Source of the DNA: Octopus vulgaris
Taxonomy: Eukaryota
DNA length: 64,000 nt
Assembly (NCBI GenBank): GCA_951406725.2
Contig: OX597824.1
Coordinates: 29,140,001 to 29,204,000, forward strand
Reading direction: 5' to 3'
Of the stretch, positions 58,850 to 64,000 are shown in pieces. Positions within the stretch are counted from its first letter, which is position 1. Every line of letters begins with the position of its first letter. The notes beneath the pieces were generated by a model, which saw only the letters and a program-made list of their open reading frames with translations, was not told the origin of the DNA and made no database searches. Position numbers and translations under genes: made by a program.

Positions 58850-59053
58850 TAAAAGAAATAAAACATATGCATATATATAAACATATATGTACGTACCTAC
58901 CTCTACATGTACATATACACGCATATATGAGTACAGGACACCAAAGGGACGTCGAACACAAAGAGAAACGAAAACATAGACACAAACCAAAGGAACTGGA
59001 CATTTTTTTAAAAACAACAAAAAATGGAGTACAGGACAATTAACAACGAGAAA

Positions 59054-59121
59054 ACCCCTTCTTCAGTCGCTAAGGTTTCATCTACTCTACGTTTCGAAGG
59101 ATAAAAGCGAGACGTATCTTC
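59054..59121 (-). ncRNA. Non-circularly permuted hammerhead ribozyme candidate, copy 2 (within a ~370-bp repeat, 58925-59300)
   Basis: gaaga-TACG-T-C-TCGCT-ttt-ATCCTT-C-GAAA-CGTA-16nt-AGCGA-CTGAAGA-AGGGGT. Confidence 0.78.
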
Positions 59122-59829
59122 GACAAGAAACTTTCCTTCCTGCGAAAAGCAAATCAATTAAAATTCTGAGATCTTTTCGCAGAGGGGTAAAAAATGGTAA
59201 AAAAATGGTAAAAAAACAGGACAGTAACGACAGTACAAAAATATAAACAGTAAAAAAATAAACAGTAAAAAAAAAATATAAACAGTAGGTAAGTTTAATT
59301 TTCAGTGGGTCCCCCAGTACCGATTGACAACTACAGTTAATTGTTTACCTCACCTCAACGTAGCGGTTCGGCAAAAATCCACAGGTAGACTAAGTAGCAA
59401 ATAAAAAATCCTGGGTTCGATTATTTTCGACTAAATTCTTCAAGCTGATGCTCCAACAAATCAGGGACAAAAGATGATGAAGCATTAATATAATTGCCAA
59501 ACTTCTTGAGTAGTCTGTAGCAAAATTTTACTGAATACTTCCAACAATTTTTGGCTAACTGGAATATTTATTTTCTGATTTGAACTTCGATATAATATAT
59601 TACATTTTTTTTTTCACTTCAACGTTTGCTTATAACGAACTAAATTCCATTTCCATCCTCTTAACATACGGTTTGTCATACACAAGCAATAACTTAATAA
59701 TCTCCTTAAAATCAATCTCTTATTTTAAACAGGATTATTTTGTTTAGATTATTACAACAAATTCTATTTACGTCAACAAAATTCTCATATTCAATATTTG
59801 ATTTGACTCCTTGACATACGTACGTACGT

Positions 59830-59866
<37 letters not shown>

Positions 59867-59992
59867 CATATATAATTTTTTTTATTATTAAACTGTTATT
59901 AAAATATTGTAACTCCAACCAAGATTGATTGTGACGTGCTAATTTCTTTCGTTTATCCACTCACTCGTGTATCTGTGTGTGTGTGTGTGTGT

Positions 59993-60023
<31 letters not shown>

Positions 60024-60099
60024 CGTGTGTGTGTGTAGATAGATAGATTGATAGATAAATAGACAGATACATGTATATATATATACACGTATATATTTA

Positions 60100-60170
<71 letters not shown>

Positions 60171-60229
60171 ACATATATATACATATTTATATATGTAATA
60201 TATCATGCATGTGTGTATATATATATATG

Positions 60230-60287
<58 letters not shown>

Positions 60288-60301
60288 CACATATATATAT
60301 G

Positions 60302-60376
<75 letters not shown>

Positions 60377-61019
60377 CAGAGATATATGGTCTACACATAC
60401 ATACAAACTGAATTTGGAGCCTTAGTGGTAAACCAACCCGAGCACTTACTGCACATGCCTATTACATTACATCCTTCGACTCAATTTTATTTGCACTCTC
60501 CATATAAACATATGATATATTTAAGCAGCTATTCTTTTGAACATTAACAACTTTTCCTTTATTTTCTCAGAAACGACGACCTAATATTTTTCGATGGGGA
60601 AATTAAGAACATTAAACAAACAAACATATATAAAGTAATATACACAAAGGACATTTGGAATATCTATAATTCTCACTTCACCAAAGTTATATGCATGTAC
60701 AATGATATTAAAATACGAATTAAGGAACACAATCAAATATAGATGTAAATATATTGAAGTGTCAGATAGTTTTGTTTTTCGATTAGTTTCCATATTATTT
60801 TAAATAGACGAAAAGCTAACTTCATTTAATCGCAATATAATCACAGACAGGGAGCACAAACATTCGACATTATTTGTCACTTTATAATTCTCTTCACTTT
60901 CTTTCTTTCTTTCTCTCTCCCACCTCTATCTGTCTCTTTCTCAGTGATTTGTGTGATTGCTAATAGAGGAGGCGACAGCAGAAGCAATGGATACACACAC
61001 ACATACCTATATATATATA

Positions 61020-61050
<31 letters not shown>

Positions 61051-61267
61051 CTTGCAAATAATATAAAGGTTACTTAGAAGACACGAAGAAAGTGTTCCTT
61101 AATTTATATGTTTATAGGTAGAGAATGTTTTCCAATCTGCCAAAGAAATGGAATAAAATATAATATAAAAGAACAGTAGAATATTCACGTTATTACATAT
61201 AAGAACTTTTCTTATATCGCTTAAGACTACTCGTGGTTCTATTGTATATTATCAAAAGCATATATTG

Positions 61268-61505
61268 ATTTCAAATTTTGGCACAAAGCCTGCAATTTTG
61301 GGGCAGGGGTAAGTCGATTACATTGACCCCCTGTGCTCAACTGGTACTTATTTTATCGATCCCAGTGCTCAAGTGGTACATAATTTATGGACTCCGAAAG
61401 GATGAAAGGTAAAGTCGATATCGGTGGAATTTGAACTCAGAACGTAAAAACGGACGAAATGTTGCTAAGCACATTTCCTGGCGTGCTGACGATTCTACCA
61501 GCTTG
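61268..61505 (-). mobile_element. SINE family B
   Basis: Reverse-complement head and core with a short internal duplication. Confidence 0.78.
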
Positions 61506-61590
61506 TTACCATGCCAATAGCATATATTACCAATATAGTATTAACTCTTTGCATACTACCACCAAATTGAAGGCCACGTCCGTTTCTCTC

Positions 61591-61656
<66 letters not shown>

Positions 61657-61661
61657 TATAT

Positions 61662-61935
61662 GATACGTGACCGACCAGGCTATCAGATGTTGCTACACAT
61701 CGCTGGTCACAATGCGCTTCGCATTGTTTTAGCCTTCAAATAACGCCACCCCGCTGGCTAATCGAGCAGGCAACAGAAGAAAGAGTGAGAGAAAATTGCG
61801 GCGAAAGAGTACAGCAGGGATCACCACCACTCCCTGCCGGAGCTTCGTCGACCTTTAGGTGTTTTCGCTCAATAAACACTCACAACGCCCGGCCTGGGAA
61901 TCGAAACTGCGATCCTACGCTGGGCCATTGCGCCT

Positions 61936-61938
<3 letters not shown>
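61662..61938 (-). mobile_element. tRNA-derived SINE family D
   Basis: TGGAGGCGCAATGGCCCAG...GTTTCGATTCCCAGGCCGGGCG head. Confidence 0.65.
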
Positions 61939-61997
<59 letters not shown>

Positions 61998-62360
61998 GTG
62001 TGTGTATGCGTGTGTGTGAGTGTGTGTGTGTGTGTGTGTGTATGTATATGTAACGGTATAGCTATCTTCGGATCGAACTGGACCCCGTACTATCACACAA
62101 CAATGGAAGTTTAATGTGATTAGTGATAAGAGCCAAAATCTGAACTGTGAACTTGTCGTGCACTGAGAGCGTCGAATCCTTCTCTCCTACTCTCCTATTC
62201 AGACACTCTCACACCCTTGCACATATAAACACGTATGTCTTGTGTCCACTCTAGCAACTTTAGAACTTCAAAATCAAGCAATATACTCAACAGCAAAGCA
62301 GGGACGTGAGGAGAAGCGTTATAACCGTCCTAGTTTATTGCAAATTTAGTATAGCATTAC

Positions 62361-62915
62361 TATTGTGTTGTCCGGAAATTTCATGCCGATTTTTAATGGA
62401 AAGAAAAAGGTCAATGAATACTTGCCATTACCTTTTTAATCAACCAAATATGAGCCATTTTGTTGCACAACGTGTCTCCACCTTTCCTTTAACTTGAAAA
62501 TACCCTCTTCCCAGAAATGAGATGATTTTATAGCAAAGAATTCATCAAGGTATCTTTTTACGTCATCCAAGGAATTGAAACTCTGCAGAGACCTGAAAGA
62601 GTGCAAACCTGAAGGAGCAATATCTGGTGAATATGGAAGGTGGGATAACACATCCCAGCCGAGCTGCAGCAATTTTTGTCTGGTTCCCAAAGCATCAAGT
62701 GCCGAAAATGAACTTGCTTATCTTCCATTTTAAAGGGTTACAGAATTAACACAGGTTATATAGGAACATAAACGTTCTTCCACGAAATGATAGCTTAAAC
62801 TGTGCTCTAAATGGAGGTGTAGTCAAATCCTATTTTATGGACTCAACCATGTTCTAAAAATAAGTCGAAATGTAAGCTACTATAAATCGGCACGAACTTT
62901 CCGGACAACCCAATA
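62361..62915 (-). mobile_element. Internally deleted mariner (DD34D) element with TIRs and TA TSD
   Basis: TIRs TTG(T/G)GTTGTCCGGAAA(T/G)TTC(A/G)TGCCGATTT; ORF LGWDVLSHLPYSPDIAPS...FRSLQ...GIFKLKERW...NGSY. Confidence 0.92.
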
Positions 62916-62917
62916 TA

Positions 62918-63301
62918 TCTCTCTCTATATAAACGGCAGTTTGTCTGTCTGCGTGTCTGTGTGTCTGTCAGGTTGTACCCTCACCCTCACCACGACTTTC
63001 AACCGATTCTGATGAAACTTGACACACACATAGCCCAATGTCATAATTCAAAACTAACGCAGCGAAAAGTTTGAAAAGTTCCCCCAGTTCTGAAAAAAAT
63101 CGATGAATTCGACATGCGTTCGAGAATCAGAAACACAAACCACAGACTGTCTAGGGGACGCAACTCGACCTTTTTAACTCTCAAAAAAAGTTTACCATCA
63201 TTTTTTCCCCATTTTTTTGCTATTTTTTGGCTATAACTCTCTAAAAATGCTTTATAGTTATTTCCCTTACAAACCCGAGCAACGCCGGGCGATACTGCTA
63301 G
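62918..63301 (+). mobile_element. Non-autonomous Helitron, different 5' body and shared 3' end
   Basis: A|TC start; last ~115 bp match the other two Helitrons, ending CTAG|T. Confidence 0.85.
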
Positions 63302-63399
63302 TATCTAATAAGCTGAACTGCCAACATTTTATTCCAGATTGAATGAGACAACTGTAAAGGTACTTCATTTACATCTTACTAAACACTGCCACTTACAGT

Positions 63400-63960
63400 T
63401 GACTAGTTCGCAGACTACAGTCGGGACATGAAGACAAGTTAGAAGCTCACTATGCAATAAAACATTGTACTTAACTGGGTGAAAACGCTACAGAAACTTA
63501 CGGAATACCCCAGACTGGTTATGGATTACGTTATATGAGCCGAGCATCGGTTTTTTGCTGACACAAGAGGCTAGGCAAAGCAAGTCCACAAAGAAGCTTA
63601 TGGTGATCCCCTTTTTCGACAGCAAGGTCATCCGCTACATCACAACTGGTTTCCCTCTACCCAGTGGGTCGTCAAACAGTGCTTTGTGGAGGTTTTGATG
63701 GAGTTCAAGTAGAAAGCAAAAGGCTAGAGTACTAATATCAGGAAAATGCACCAATCCACTATTCTATTCTGGTAGTCAACCATTGATAAAGTTGAGCATA
63801 AAAACTGTACCTCGCTCTCCTTACACTCCAGAACACTCCAGTCCTTGCTCCCTGTGCTTTTGATCGTTCCCCAAGCTAAAACAAAAGAAGGTTGTGACAA
63901 GGGTTCTGGACACTTTCCCTTTGGAGGAACACCACGCATTATTTGTGCCTCCTTGAGGGT
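63400..63960 (+). mobile_element. mariner transposase relic with internal deletions
   Basis: YAIKHC..LGENATETYG, MSRASV, ARQSKSTKKLMVIPFFD, QENAPIH, LAPCAF..FPKLK, VVTRVLDTF. Confidence 0.8.
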
Positions 63961-64000
63961 AGCAATATAGTATTTTTTTTTAAGGCGCCGAGCAGGCAGA

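Overview
AT-rich animal genomic DNA saturated with microsatellites ((TA)n, (CA)n, (TATG)n, (ATT)n, (GATA)n). The SINE families and repeat landscape look like a coleoid cephalopod (Octopus); this is an inference. No intact host protein-coding gene is supported, so the window is probably intronic or intergenic, and nearly all listed ORFs are microsatellite artefacts. Mobile elements: a near-full-length disrupted Penelope-like retroelement (RT + GIY-YIG, 17707-21109) with inverted terminal repeats and a hammerhead ribozyme (HHR); relics of R4/Dong and RTE LINEs; mariner/maT/Tc1/pogo relics; three non-autonomous Helitrons; and dozens of tRNA-derived SINEs. The main result is a dense, diverse set of HHR motifs in short Penelope-type elements. 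These include two non-circularly permuted (pseudoknotted) HHRs with covariation in all three helices (9723-9790, 59054-59121), a G3-C8 core-swap HHR, HHRs with a ~97-nt helix II domain, and tRNA-headed SINEs ending in an HHR. All structures were folded by eye and none is tested.
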